Under the pieces are notes generated by a model that was not told the origin of the DNA, made no database searches, and saw only the letters and a list, made by a program, of their open reading frames with translations. A DNA stretch of 64,000 nt from the human T2T-CHM13v2.0 reference genome, Homo sapiens, in assembly GCF_009914755.1 (NCBI RefSeq), contig NC_060948.1. One strand, written 5' to 3'. Position numbers and translations under genes: made by a program. Numbering within the stretch: position 1 is the first letter of the stretch; each line of letters starts with the position of its first letter. Shown here piece by piece: positions 1 through 15,500 of the stretch.

Positions 1-1005
1 GAATCGAATGGAATGGAATTGAATGGAACGGAATAGAGTCGAATGGAATTGAATGGAATGGAATGGACTAGAGTGATATGGAATCGAACCACAAGGAATG
101 GAGAGGAATAGAATGGTCTCGAATTGAATGGAATCGTATGGAGTGGCATCAAACGGAATGGAATGGACAGCCACGGAATGGAATGCACTCGAATGCAATG
201 GAGTCGAAACTAATGGACTGGAATAGAATGGACTCGACTGGTACGGACTCCAATGGAATGGAATCGAATGGAAGGGAATCGAACGGAATGGACTCGAAGG
301 GAAAAGACTGCAATGGAAAGGTCTCGAATGGAATGGAAATTAATGGAATGGAATGGAATCGAATGAAATGGAGTCAAAAGGAATGGAATCGAATGGCAAC
401 AAATCGAATGTAATGGAATCGCAAGGAATTGACGTGAAAGGAACGGAATGGAATGGAATCCAAAGGAATGGAATAGAATGGAATGGAATCGAATGGAAAG
501 GACTCGAATGGAAATCACTCGAATAGAATGCAATTTAATAAAATAGGATCAAATGTAATGGAATGGAATGGAAAGGAATCGAAACGAAAGGAATGGAGAC
601 AGATGGAATGGAATGGAACAGAGAGCAATGGTGTAGAATGGAATGGAATCATGTGGAATGGAATTGAATGGAATGGAATAATATGAAATGGAATGGAATG
701 GAATGGAATGGAATGCCCTTGAATTAAATGGACTGGAATGGAATGGACTCGAACAGAGTGGAATGGAAAGTGTTGAGATAGAATGGAATGGACTCCTTTG
801 GAATGGTGTAGTATGCAATGCAATCGACTGGCAGGGAATCAAAAGGAATGTAATGGAATGGACTGGACTGGAATGCAATGGACTCGAATAGATTGGAAAC
901 GGAATGCAAAGAAATGGAATGGAATAGTATGGAATGGAATGGAAAGGAATGGAGTGGAATAGACTAGAGTGGAATGGAATGGACTGGAAAGCAATGGACT
1001 GGAAT

Positions 1006-1020
1006 GGAACTTTCTTGAAT
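1006..1020. promoter_or_regulatory. Perfect heat-shock element nGAAnnTTCnnGAAn (gGAAc tTTCt tGAAt), repeated in every DYZ1 unit
   Basis: Sequence ggaactttcttgaat matches the three-pentamer HSF1 consensus; next copy at 4580-4594. Binding is inferred, not shown. Confidence 0.5.
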
Positions 1021-3268
1021 GGACTGGAATCAAACGGAATGGAATGCAATGCAATCAAATGGCATGGAATAAAATAGAATGAAAGAGAATCAAATGGAAT
1101 TGAATCGAATGGAATCGAATGGATTGGAAAGGAATAGAATGGAATGGAATGGAATGGACTCAAATGGAATGGACTAGAATGGAATGGATTCGAATGGAAG
1201 GCAAAGGAATGGAATCTATTGGAATGGACTGTAATGGAATGGAATGGAAGGGATTGGAATGGACTCGAATGGAATGGACTGCAATAGAAAGGATTCGAAT
1301 GGAATGAAAAAGAATTGAATGGAATAGAACAGAATGGAATCAAATCGAATGAAATGGAATGGAATAGAAAGGAATGGAATGAAATGGAATGGAAAGGATT
1401 CGAATGGAATGCAATCGAATGGAATGGAATCGAACGGAATGGAATAAAATGGAAGAAAACTGGCAAGAAATGGAATCGAAATGAATGGAGTGTTATGGAA
1501 CGGACTCAAAAGGAATTGAATGTAATAGAATGGAGTGGAGTGGACTCGAATATAATGGACTGGAATGGAATGAAATCACATGGAATGGGAACGAATGGAA
1601 TGGAATGGAAAGGAATGGAATCGAATGGAAAGGAATCGAATGGAAGGGAATGAAATTGAATCAACAGGAATGGAAGGGAATAGAATAGACGGTAATGGAA
1701 TGGACTCGAATAGAATGGACACGAATGCTCAAATTAAATGGACTCGAATGGAATGGAAACGAAAGGAATGTCATCGAATGGAATTGAATCGATTGGAATG
1801 AAATCGCATAGAATGGAGTGGAATCAAATGGAATTGAATCGAAAGGAAAGGAAGCGAATGGACTGAAATGAAATGGAATGGAATTGAATGGAAAGTAATG
1901 CAATGGAATAGAATGGAACGAAATTTCACGGAATGGAATCAAACTGAATGGAATCAAATCAATGGAATCAAATCAAATGGAATGGAAAGGAATTGAATGG
2001 AGTAGATTGGATTGGATGGGATTGGAATGAAATGTACTGGAAAGGACTCGAATTTCATGAAACGGAATGGAATGAATTGGAACGGAATGGACTCGAATGG
2101 AATGGAATGTCATGGAATGGCATCAAATGGAATGGCATCAAATGGAATGGAATCGAATGCAATGGAATGCTATGGAATGGAATGGAATGCATTGGAATGG
2201 AATGTCCTCTAATGGAATGGATTCGAGTGGAATGGAATCGAATATAATGGAGTCGAATGAAATGGAATTGAAAGGAATGGGATCGAATAGAATGGAATAT
2301 ACTGGAATGTAATGTAATGAACTCGAATGTAATTGACTGGAATGGAATGTACATGAATGGAATGTAATCGAATGGAAAGTAATCCAATGGAATAGAATCT
2401 AATGCAATAAAACCGACTCAGATAGAGTAGAATGTAATGGAATGGAGTGCAGTACAATGGAAGGGAATGGAATTGAATGCAATGGAATGGAATGGAATGG
2501 AATGGAATGGAATGGAATGGAATGGAATGGGATGGAATGGTATGGAATGGATAGTAATGGACTGGAGTGAAATGGACTGGAAAGGAATGGACTCAAATTG
2601 AAAGGGCTCGAAAGGAATGGAGTCAAATGGAATGGTCTGGAATGGAATGAACACGAATGTAATGCAATCCAATAGAATGGAATCGAATGGCATGGAATAT
2701 AAAGAAATGGAATCGAAGAGAATGGAAACAAATGGAATGGAATTGAATGGAATGGAATTGAATGGAATGGGAACGAATGGAGTGAAATTGTATGCAGTAG
2801 AAGGGAATAGAATGGAATGCAAGCGAAAGGAAAGGAATGGATTGGAATGGAATGGAATTCATTGGAATGGAAGGGAATGTAGTGTAATGGACAGGCCTGG
2901 AATAAAGTGGAATGCTACGGTCTCGAATGGAATAAAAATGTATGGAATGGAATGCAATGAAACGGAATCGAATGTCATAGAATGTAATGGATTGCAAAAA
3001 AATGGAATCCAAAATCATTGACTGGAAAGGCTGGGTGTCGAAAGGAATTGACTCCAATGGAATGGAATCGAATGGAATGGAAGTGAATAGAATCGAACTA
3101 AATCGAATGGAATGGAATTGATAGGAACGGAATGGAAAGGAATGCAATGATTTGGCATGGAATGGAATCGAATGGCATCGAATGGAATGGAATGGAATGC
3201 AATGGAATGGAATGTATTAGAATGTAATGAACTTTAATGGAATGTACTCGAATGGATTCGACTGGAAT

Positions 3269-3283
3269 GGAATGTTCTGGAAG
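3269..3283. promoter_or_regulatory. Perfect heat-shock element (gGAAt gTTCt gGAAg), repeated in every DYZ1 unit
   Basis: Sequence ggaatgttctggaag; next copy at 6838-6852. Binding is inferred. Confidence 0.5.
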
Positions 3284-3548
3284 TGAATGGACTCCAATGG
3301 AATGGATTCAAAAGGAATGGAATCGTACGGAATGGAATCTAATGGAATGGAATTAAATGGAAATGAATCAAATTGAATAGCACGGAATTGAATTGAATGG
3401 AATGGAATGCAATGGAATCTAATGAAACGGAAAGGAAAGGAATGGAATGGAATGGAATGGGCTGGAATGGAAAGGAATCGAAAGGAATGGAATGGAATCG
3501 AACTGAAGAGACTGGAATGGAATGCACTGGAATGGAAGGGAGTGTAAT

Positions 3549-3563
3549 GGAAGGTTCTCGAAA
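3549..3563. promoter_or_regulatory. Perfect heat-shock element (gGAAg gTTCt cGAAa), repeated in every DYZ1 unit
   Basis: Sequence ggaaggttctcgaaa; next copy at 7118-7132. Binding is inferred. Confidence 0.5.
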
Positions 3564-6500
3564 AAAATGGAATCGAATGGAATGGAATTGAATGGAACGG
3601 AATAGAGTCGAATGGAATTGAATGGAATGGAATGGACTAGAGTGAAATGGAATCAAACCACAAGGAATGGAGAGGAATAGAATGGTCTCGAATTGAATGG
3701 AATCGTATGGAATGGCATCAAACGGAATGGAATGGACAGCCACGGAATGGAATGCACTCGAATGCAATGGAGTCGAAACTAATGGACTGGAATAGAATGG
3801 ACTCGACTGGTACGGACTCCAATGGAATGGAATCGAATGGAAGGGAATCGAACGGAATGGACTCGAAGGGAAAAGACTGCAATGGAAAGGTCTCGAATGG
3901 AATGGAAATTAATGGAATGGAATGGAATCGAATGAAATGGAGTCAAAAGGAATGGAATCGAATGGCAAGAAATCGAATGTAATGGAATCGCAAGGAATTG
4001 ATGTGAACGGAACGGAATGGAATGGAATCCAAAGGAATGGAATAGAATGGAATGGAATCGAATGGAAAGGACTCGAATGGAAATCACTCGAATAGAATGC
4101 AATTTAATAAAATAGGATCAAATGTAATGGAATGGAATGGAAAGGAATCGAAACGAAAGGAATGGAGACAGATGGAATGGAATAGAACAGAGAGCAATGG
4201 TATGGAATGGAATGGAATCATCTGGAATGGAATTGAATGGAATGGAATAATATGAAATGGAATGGAATGGAATGGAATGGAATGGAATGCCCTTGAATTA
4301 AATGGACTGGAATGGAATGGACTCGAACAGAGTGGAATGGAAAGTGTTGAGATAGAATGGAATGGACTCCTTTGGAATGGTGTAGTATGCAATGCAATCG
4401 ACTGGCAGGGAATCAAAAGGAATGTAATGGAATGGACTGGACTGGAATGCAATGGACTCGAATAGATTGGAAACGGAATGCAAAGAAATGGAATGGAATA
4501 GTATGGAATGGAATGGAAAGGAATGGAGTGGAATAGACTAGAGTGGAATGGAATGGACTGGAAAGCAATAGACTGGAATGGAACTTTCTTGAATGGACTG
4601 GAATCAAACGGAATGGAATGCAATGCAATCAAATGGCATGGAATAAAATAGAATGAAAGAGAATCAAATGGAATTGAATCGAATGGAATCGAATGGATTG
4701 GAAAGGAATAGAATGGAATGGAATGGAATTGACTCAAATGGAATGGACTAGAATGGAATGGATTCGAATGGAAGGCAAAGGAATGGAATCTATTGGAATG
4801 GACTGTAATGGAATGGAATGGAAGGGATTGGAATGGACTCGAATGGAATGGACTGCAATAGAAAGGATTCGAATGGAATGAAAAAGAATTGAATGGAATA
4901 GAACAGAATGGAATCAAATCGAATGAAATGGAATGGAATAGAAAGGAATGGAATGAAATGGAATGGAAAGGATTCGAATGGAATGCAATCGAATGGAATG
5001 GAATCGAACGGAATGGAATAAAATGGAAGAAAACTGGCAAGAAATGGAATCGAAATGAATGGAGTGTTATGGAACGGACTCAAAAGGAATTGAATGTAAT
5101 AGAATGGAGTGGAGTGGACTCGAATATAATGGACTGGAATGGAATGAAATCACATGGAATGGGAACGAATGGAATGGAATGGAAAGGAATGGAATCGAAT
5201 GGAAAGGAATCGAATGGAAGGGAATGAAATTGAATCAACAGGAATGGAAGGGAATAGAATAGACGGTAATGGAATGGACTCGAATAGAATGGACACGAAT
5301 GCTCAAATTGAATGGACTCGAATGGAATGGAAACGAAAGGAATGTCATCGAATGGAATTGAATCGATTGGAATGAAATCGCATAGAATGGAGTGGAATCA
5401 AATGGAATTGAATCGAAAGGAAAGGAAGCGAATGGACTGAAATGAAATGGAATGGAATTGAATGGAAAGTAATGCAATGGAATAGAATGGAACGAAATTT
5501 CACGGAATGGAATCAAACTGAATGGAATCAAATCAATGGAATCAAATCAAATGGAATGGAAAGGAATTGAATGGAGTAGATTGGATTGGATGGGATTGGA
5601 ATGAAATGTACTGGAAAGGACTCGAATTTCATGAAACGGAATGGAATGAATTGGAACGGAATGGACTCGAATGGAATGGAATGTCATGGAATGGCATCAA
5701 ATGGAATGGCATCAAATGGAATGGAATCGAATGCAATGGAATGCTATGGAATGGAATGGAATGCATTGGAATGGAATGTCCTCTAATGGAATGGATTCGA
5801 GTGGAATGGAATCGAATATAATGGAGTCGAATGAAATGGAATTGAAAGGAATGGGATCGAATACAATGGAATATACTGGAATGTAATGTAATGAACTCGA
5901 ATGTAATTGACTGGAATGGAATGTACATGAATGGAATGTAATCGAATGGAAAGTAATCCAATGGAATAGAATCTAATGCAATAAAATCGACTCAGATAGA
6001 GTAGAATGTAATGGAATGGAGTGCAGTGCAATGGAATGGAATGGAATGGAATGCAATGGAATGGAATAGAATGGAATGGAATGGAATGGAATGGAATGGG
6101 ATGGAATGGTATGGAATGGATAGTAATGGACTGGAGTGAAATGGACTGGAAAGGAATGGACTCAAATTGAAAGGGCTCGAAAGGAATGGAGTCAAATGGA
6201 ATGGTCTGGAATGGAATGAACACGAATGTAATGCAATCCAATAGAATGGAATCGAATGGCATGGAATATAAAGAAATGGAATCGGAGAGAATGGAAACAA
6301 ATGGAATGGAATTGAATGGAATGGAATTGAATGGAATGGGAACGAATGGAGTGAAATTGTATGCAGTAGAAGGGAATAGAATGGAATGCAAGCGAAAGGA
6401 AAGGAATGGATTGGAATGGAATGGAATTCATTGGAATGGAAGGGAATGTAGTGTAATGGACAGGCCTGGAATAAAGTGGAATGCTACGGTCTCGAATGGA

Positions 6501-9500
6501 ATAAAAATGTATGGAATGGAATGCAATGAAATGGAATCGAATGTCATACAATGAAATGGAATGCAACAAAATGGAATCCAAAATCATTGACTGGAAAGGC
6601 TGGGTGTCGAAAGGAATTGACTCCAATGGAATGGAATCGAATGGAATGGAAGTGAATAGAATCGAACTAAATCGAATGGAATGGAATTGATAGGAACGGA
6701 ATGGAAAGGAATGCAATGATTTGGCATGGAATGGAATCGAATGGCATCGAATGGAATGGAATGGAATGCAATGGAATGGAATGTATTAGAATGTAATGAA
6801 CTTTAATGGAATGTACTCGAATGGATTCGACTGGAATGGAATGTTCTGGAAGTGAATGGACTCCAATGGAATGGATTCCAAAGGAATGGAATCGTACGGA
6901 ATGGAATCTAATGGAATGGAATTAAATGGAAATGAATCAAATTGAATAGCACGGAATTGAATTGAATGGAATGGAATGCAATGGAATCTAATGAAACGGA
7001 AAGGAAAGGAATGGAATGGAATGGAATGGGCTGGAATGGAAAGGAATCGAAACGAATGGAATGGAATCGAACTGAAGAGACTGGAATGGAATGCACTGGA
7101 ATGGAAGGGAGTGTAATGGAAGGTTCTCGAAAAAAATGGAATCGAATGGAATGGAATTGAATGGAACGGAATAGAGTCGAATGGAATTGAATGGAATGGA
7201 ATGGACTAGAGTGAAATGGAATCGAACCACAAGGAATGGACAGGAATAGAATGGTCTCGAATTGAATGGAATCGTATGGAATGGCATCAAACGGAATGGA
7301 ATGGACAGCCACGGAATGGAATGCACTCGAATGCAATGGAGTCGAAACTAATGGACTGGAATAGAATGGACTCGACTGGTACGGACTCCAATGGAATGGA
7401 ATCGAATGGAAGGGAATCGAACGGAATGGACTCGAAGGGAAAAGACTGCAATGGAAAGGTCTCGAATGGAATGGAAATTAATGCAATGGAATGGAATCGA
7501 ATGAAATGGAGTCAAAAGGAATGGAATCGAATGGCAAGAAATCGAATGTAATGGAATCGCAAGGAATTGATGTGAACGGAACGGAATGGAATGGAATCCA
7601 AAGGAATGGAATAGAATGGAATGGAATCGAATGGAAAGGACTCGAATGGAAATCACTCGAATAGAATGCAATTTAATAAAATAGGATCAAATGTAATGGA
7701 ATGGAATGGAAAGGAATCGAAACGAAAGGAATGGAGACAGATGGAATGGAATGGAACAGAGAGCAATGGTATAGAATGGAATGGAATCATCTGGAATGGA
7801 ATTGAATGGAATGGAATAATATGAAATGGAATGGAATGGAATGGAATGGAATGGAATGCCCTTGAATTAAATGGACTGGAATGGAATGGACTCGAACAGA
7901 GTGGAATGGAAAGTGTTGAGATAGAATGGAATGGACTCCTTTGGAATGGTGTAGTATGCAATGCAATCGACTGGCAGGGAATCAAAAGGAATGTAATGGA
8001 ATGGACTGGACTGGAATGCAATGGACTCGAATAGATTGGAAACGGAATGCAAAGAAATGGAATGGAATAGTATGGAATGGAATGGAAAGGAATGGAGTGG
8101 AATAGACTAGAGTGGAATGGAATGGACTGGAAAGCAATGGACTGGAATGGAACTTTCTTGAATGGACTGGAATCAAACGGAATGGAATGCAATGCAATCA
8201 AATGGCATGGAATAAAATAGAATGAAAGAGAATCAAATGGAATTGAATCGAATGGAATCGAATGGATTGGAAAGGAATAGAATGGAATGGAATGGAATGG
8301 ACTCAAATGGAATGGACTAGAATGGAATGGATTCGAATGGAAGGCAAAGGAATGGAATCTATTGGAATGGACTGTAATGGAATGGAATGGAAGGGATTGG
8401 AATGGACTCGAATGGAATGGACTGCAATAGAAAGGATTCGAATGGAATGAAAAAGAATTGAATGGAATAGAACAGAATGGAATCAAATCGAATGAAATGG
8501 AATGGAATAGAAAGGAATGGAATGAAATGGAATGGAAAGGATTCGAATGGAATGCAATCGAATGGAATGGAATCGAACGGAATGGAATAAAATGGAAGAA
8601 AACTGGCAAGAAATGGAATCGAAATGAATGGAGTGTTATGGAACGGACTCAAAAGGAATTGAATGTAATAGAATGGAGTGGAGTGGACTCGAATATAATG
8701 GACTGGAATGGAATGAAATCACATGGAATGGGAACGAATGGAATGGAATGGAAAGGAATGGAATCGAATGGAAAGGAATCGAATGGAAGGGAATGAAATT
8801 GAATCAACAGGAATGGAAGGGAATAGAATAGACGGTAATGGAATGGACTCGAATAGAATGGACACGAATGCTCAAATTGAATGGACTCGAATGGAATGGA
8901 AACGAAAGGAATGTCATCGAATGGAATTGAATCGATTGGAATGAAATCGCATAGAATGGAGTGGAATCAAATGGAATTGAATCGAAAGGAAAGGAAGCGA
9001 ATGGACTGAAATGAAATGGAATGGAATTGAATGGAAAGTAATGCAATGGAATAGAATGGAACGAAATTTCACGGAATGGAATCAAACTGAATGGAATCAA
9101 ATCAATGGAATCCAATCAAATGGAATGGAAAGGAATTGAATGGAGTAGATTGGATTGGATGGGATTGGAATGAAATGTACTGGAAAGGACTCGAATTTCA
9201 TGAAACGGAATGGAATGAATTGGAACGGAATGGACTCGAATGGAATGGAATGTCATGGAATGGCATCAAATGGAATGGCATCAAATGGAATAGAATCGAA
9301 TGCAATGGAATGCTATGGAATGGAATGGAATGCATTGGAATGGAATGTCCTCTAATGGAATGGATTCGAGTGGAATGGAATCGAATATAATGGAGTCGAA
9401 TGAAATGGAATTGAAAGGAATGGGATCGAATACAATGGAATATACTGGAATGTAATGTAATGAACTCGAATGTAATTGACTGGAATGGAATGTACATGAA

Positions 9501-12500
9501 TGGAATGTAATCGAATGGAAAGTAATCCAATGGAATAGAATCTAATGCAATAAAATCGACTCAGATAGAGTAGAATGTAATGGAATGGAGTGCAGTGCAA
9601 TGGAATGGAATGGAATGGAATGCAATTGAATGGAATGGAATGGAATGGAATGGAATGGAATGGGATGGAATGGTATGGAATGGATAGTAATGGACTGGAG
9701 TGAAATGGACTGGAAAGGAATGGACTCAAATTGAAAGGGCTCGAAAGGAATGGAGTCAAATGGAATGGTCTGGAATGGAATGAACACGAATGTAATGCAA
9801 TCCAATAGAATGGAATCGAATGGCATGGAATATAAAGAAATGGAATCGGAGAGAATGGAAACAAATGGAATGGAATTGAATGGAATGGAATTGAATGGAA
9901 TGGGAACGAATGGAGTGAAATTGTATGCAGTAGAAGGGAATAGAATGGAATGCAAGCGAAAGGAAAGGAATGGATTGGAATGGAATGGAATTCATTGGAA
10001 TGGAAGGGAATGTAGTGTAATGGACAGGCCTGGAATAAAGTGGAATGCTACGGTCTCGAATGGAATAAAAATGTATGGAATGGAATGCAATGAAATGGAA
10101 TCGAATGTCATAGAATGTAATGGAATGCAACAAAATGGAATCCAAAATCATTGACTGGAAAGGCTGGGTGTCGAAAGGAATTGACTCCAATGGAATGGAA
10201 TCGAATGGAATGGAAGTGAATAGAATCGAACTAAATCGAATGGAATGGAATTGATAGGAACGGAATGGAAAGGAATGCAATGATTTGGCATGGAATGGAA
10301 TCGAATGGCATCGAATGGAATGGAATGGAATGCAATGGAATGGAATGTATTAGAATGTAATGAACTTTAATGGAATGTACTCGAATGGATTCGACTGGAA
10401 TGGAATGTTCTGGAAGTGAATGGACTCCAATGGAATAGATTCCAAAGGAATGGAATCGTACGGAATGGAATCTAATGGAATGGAATTAAATGGAAATGAA
10501 TCAAATTGAATAGCACGGAATTGAATTGAATGGAATGGAATGCAATGGAATCTAATGAAACGGAAAGGAAAGGAATGGAATGGAATGGAATGGGCTGGAA
10601 TGGAAAGGAATCGAAACGAATGGAATGGAATCGAACTGAAGAGACTGGAATGGAATGCACTGGAATGGAAGGGAGTGTAATGGAAGGTTCTCGAAAAAAA
10701 TGGAATCGAATGGAATGGAATTGAATGGAACGGAATAGAGTCGAATGGAATTGAATGGAATGGAATGGACTAGAGTGAAATGGAATCGAACCACAAGGAA
10801 TGGACAGGAATAGAATGGTCTCGAATTGAATGGAATCGTATGGAATGGCATCAAACGGAATGGAATGGACAGCCACGGAATGGAATGCACTCGAATGCAA
10901 TGGAGTCGAAACTAATGGACTGGAATAGAATGGACTCGACTGGTACGGACTCCAATGGAATGGAATCGAATGGAAGGGAATCGAACGGAATGGACTCGAA
11001 GGGAAAAGACTGCAATGGAAAGGTCTCGAATGGAATGGAAATTAATGGAATGGAATGGAATCGAATGAAATGGAGTCAAAAGGAATGGAATCGAATGGCA
11101 AGAAATCGAATGTAATGGAATCGCAAGGAATTGATGTGAACGGAACGGAATGGAATGGAATCCAAAGGAATGGAATAGAATGGAATGGAATCGAATGGAA
11201 AGGACTCGAATGGAAATCACTCGAATAGAATGCAATTTAATAAAATAGGATCAAATGTAATGGAATGGAATGGAAAGGAATCGAAACGAAAGGAATGGAG
11301 ACAGATGGAATGGAATGGAACAGAGAGCAATGGTATAGAATGGAATGGAATCATCTGGAATGGAATTGAATGGAATGGAATAATATGAAATGGAATGGAA
11401 TGGAATGGAATGGAATGCCCTTGAATTAAATGGACTGGAATGGAATGGACTCGAACAGAGTGGAATGGAAAGTGTTGAGATAGAATGGAATGGACTCCTT
11501 TGGAATGGTCTAGTATGCAATGCAATCGACTGGTAGGGAATCAAAAGGAATGTAATCGAATGGATTGGACTGGAATGCAATGGACTCGAATAGATTGGAA
11601 ACGGAATGCAAAGGAATGGAATGGAATAGTATGGAATGGAATGGAAAGGAATGGAGTGGAATAGACTAGAGTGGAATGGAATGGACTGGAAAGCAATGGA
11701 CTGGAATGGAACTTTCTTGAATGGACTGGAATCAAACGGAATGGAATGCAATGCAATCAAATGGCATGGAATAAAATAGAATGAAAGAGAATCAAATGGA
11801 ATTGAATCGAATGGAATCGAATGGATTGGAAAGGAATAGAATGGAATGGAATGGAATGGACTCAAATGGAATGGACTAGAATGGAATGGATTCGAATGGA
11901 AGGCAAAGGAATGGAATCTATTGGAATGGACTGTAATGGAATGGAATGGAAGGGATTGGAATGGACTCGAATGGAATGGACTGCAATAGAAAGGATTCGA
12001 ATGGAATGAAAAAGAATTGAATGGAATAGAACAGAATGGAATCAAATCGAATGAAATGGAATGGAATAGAAAGGAATGGAATGAAATGGAATGGAAAGGA
12101 TTCGAATGGAATGCAATCGAATGGAATGGAATCGAACGGAATGGAATAAAATGGAAGAAAACTGGCAAGAAATGGAATCGAAATGAATGGAGTGTTATGG
12201 AACGGACTCAAAAGGAATTGAATGTAATAGAATGGAGTGGAGTGGACTCGAATATAATGGACTGGAATGGAATGAAATCACATGGAATGGGAACGAATGG
12301 AATGGAATGGAAAGGAATGGAATCGAATGGAAAGGAATCGAATGGAAGGGAATGAAATTGAATCAACAGGAATGGAAGGGAATAGAATAGACGGTAATGG
12401 AATGGACTCGAATAGAATGGACACGAATGCTCAAATTGAATGGACTCGAATGGAATGGAAACGAAAGGAATGTCATCGAATGGAATTGAATCGATTGGAA

Positions 12501-15500
12501 TGAAATCGCATAGAATGGAGTGGAATCAAATGGAATTGAATCGAAAGGAAAGGAAGCGAATGGACTGAAATGAAATGGAATGGAATTGAATGGAAAGTAA
12601 TGCAATGGAATAGAATGGAACGAAATTTCACGGAATGGAATCAAACTGAATGGAATCAAATCAATGGAATCCAATCAAATGGAATGGAGTAGATTGGATT
12701 GGATGGGATTGGAATGAAATGTACTGGAAAGGACTCGAATTTCATGAAACGGAATGGAATGAATTGGAACGGAATGGACTCGAATGGAATGGAATGTCAT
12801 AGAATGGCATCAAATGGATTGGCATCAAATGGAATGGAATCGAATGCAATGGAATGCTATGGAATGGAATGGAATGCATTGGAATGGAATGTCCTCTAAT
12901 GGAATGGATTCGAGTGGAATGGAATCGAATATAATGGAGTCGAATGAAATGGAATTGAAAGGAATGGGATCGAATACAATGGAATATACTGGAATGTAAT
13001 GTAATGAACTCGAATGTAATTGACTGGAATGGAATGTACATGAATGGAATGTAATCGAATGGAAAGTAATCCAATGGAATAGAATCTAATGCAATAAAAT
13101 CGACTCAGATAGAGTAGAATGTAATGGAATGGAGTGCAGTGCAATGGAATGGAATGGAATGGAATGCAATGGAATGGAATGGAATGGAATGGAATGGAAT
13201 GGAATGGAATGGTGTGGAATGGATAGTAATGGACTGGAGTGAAATGGACTGGAAAGGAATGGACTCAAATTGAATGGGCTCGAAAGGAATGGAGTCAAAT
13301 GGAATGGTCTGGAATGGAATGAACACGAATGTAATGCAATCCAATAGAATGGAATCGAATGGCATGGAATATAAAGAAATGGAATCGAAGAGAATGGAAA
13401 CAAATGGATTGGAATTGAGTGGAATGGAATTGAATGGAATGGGAACGAATGGAGTGAAATTGTATGCAGTAGAAGAGAATAGAATGGAATGCAGGCGAAA
13501 GGAAAGGAATGGATTGGAATGGAATGGAATTCATTGGAATGGAAGGGAATGTAGTGTAATGGACAGGCCTGGAATAAAGTGGAATGCTACGGTCTCGAAT
13601 GGAATAAAAATGTATGGAATGGAATGCAATGAAACGGAATCGAATGTCATAGAATGTAATGGAATGCAAAAAAATGGACTCCAAAATCATTGACTGGAAA
13701 GGCTGGGTGTCGAAAGGAATTGACTCCAATGGAATGGAATCGAATGGAATGGAAGTGAATAGAATCGAACTAAATCGAATGGAATGGAATTGATAGGAAC
13801 GGAATGGAAAGGAATGCAATGATTTGGCATGGAATGGAATCGAATGGCATCGAATGGAATGGAATGGAATGCAATGGAATGGAATGTATTAGAATGTAAT
13901 GAACTTTAATGGAATGTACTCGAATGGATTCGACTGGAATGGAATGTTCTGGAAGTGAATGGACTCCAATGGAATGGATTCAAAAGGAATGGAATCGTAC
14001 GGAATGGAATCTAATGGAATGGAATTAAATGGAAATGAATCAAATTGAATAGCACGGAATTGAATTGAATGGAATGGAATGCAATGGAATCTAATGAAAC
14101 GGAAAGGAAAGGAATGGAATGGAATGGAATGGGCTGGAATGGAAAGGAATCGAAACGAATGGAATGGAATCGAACTGAAGAGACTGGAACGGAATGCACT
14201 GGAATGGAAGGGAGTGTAATGGAAGGTTCTCGAAAAAAATGGAATCGAATGGAATGGAATTGAATGGAACGGAATAGAGTCGAATGGAATTGAATGGAAT
14301 GGAATGGACTAGAGTGAAATGGAATCGAACCACAAGGAATGGACAGGAATAGAATGGTCTCGAATTGAATGGAATCGTATGGAATGGCATCAAACGGAAT
14401 GGAATGGACAGCCACGGAATGGAATGCACTCGAATGCAATGGAGTCGAAACTAATGGACTGGAATAGAATGGACTCGACTGGTACGGACTCCAATGGAAT
14501 GGAATCGAATGGAAGGGAATCGAACGGAATGGACTCGAAGGGACAAGACTGCAAAGGAAAGGTCTCGAATGGAATGGAAATTAATGGAATGGAATGGAAT
14601 CGAATGAAATGGAGTCAAAAGGAATGGAATCGAATGGCAAGAAATCGAATGTAATGGAATCACAAGGAATTGATGTGAACGGAACGGAATGGAATGGAAT
14701 CCAAAGGAATGGAATAGAATGGAATGGAATCGAATGGAAAGGACTCGAATGGAAATCACTCGAATAGAATGCAATTTAATAAAATAGGATCAAATGTAAT
14801 GGAATGGAATGGAAAGGAATCGAAACGAAAGGAATGGAGACAGATGGAATGGAATGGAACAGAGAGCAATGGTATAGAATGGAATGGAATCATCTGGAAT
14901 GGAATTGAATGGAATGGAATAATATGAAATGGAATGGAATGGAATGGAATGGAATGCCCTTGAATTAAATGGACTGGAATGGAATGGACTCGAACAGAGT
15001 GGAATGGAAAGTGTTGAGATAGAATGGAATGGACTCCTTTGGAATGGTCTAGTATGCAATGCAATCGACTGGTAGGGAATCAAAAGGAATGTAATCGAAT
15101 GGATTGGACTGGAATGCAATGGACTCGAATAGATTGGAAACGGAATGCAAAGGAATGGAATGGAATAGTATGGAATGGAATGGAAAGGAATGGAGTGGAA
15201 TAGACTAGAGTGGAATGGAATGGACCGGAAAGCAATGGACTGGAATGGAACTTTCTTGAATGGACTGGAATCAAACGGAATGGAATGCAATGCAATCAAA
15301 TGGCATGGAATAAAATAGAATGAAAGAGAATCAAATGGAATTGAATCGAATGGAATCGAATGGATTGGAAAGGAATAGAATGGAATGGAATGGAATTGAC
15401 TCAAATGGAATGGACTAGAATGGAATGGATTCGAATGGAAGGCAAAGGAATGGAATCTATTGGAATGGACTGTAATGGAATGGAATGGAAGGGATTGGAA

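Larger units (their letters stand above)
2896..6464 (-). repeat. DYZ1: One complete DYZ1 unit (HaeIII to HaeIII, 3569 bp), representative
   Basis: Bounded by successive CAGGCCTG sites at 2894 and 6463; a GAATTC lies ~39 bp upstream of each HaeIII site (e.g. 2855). Confidence 0.9.
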
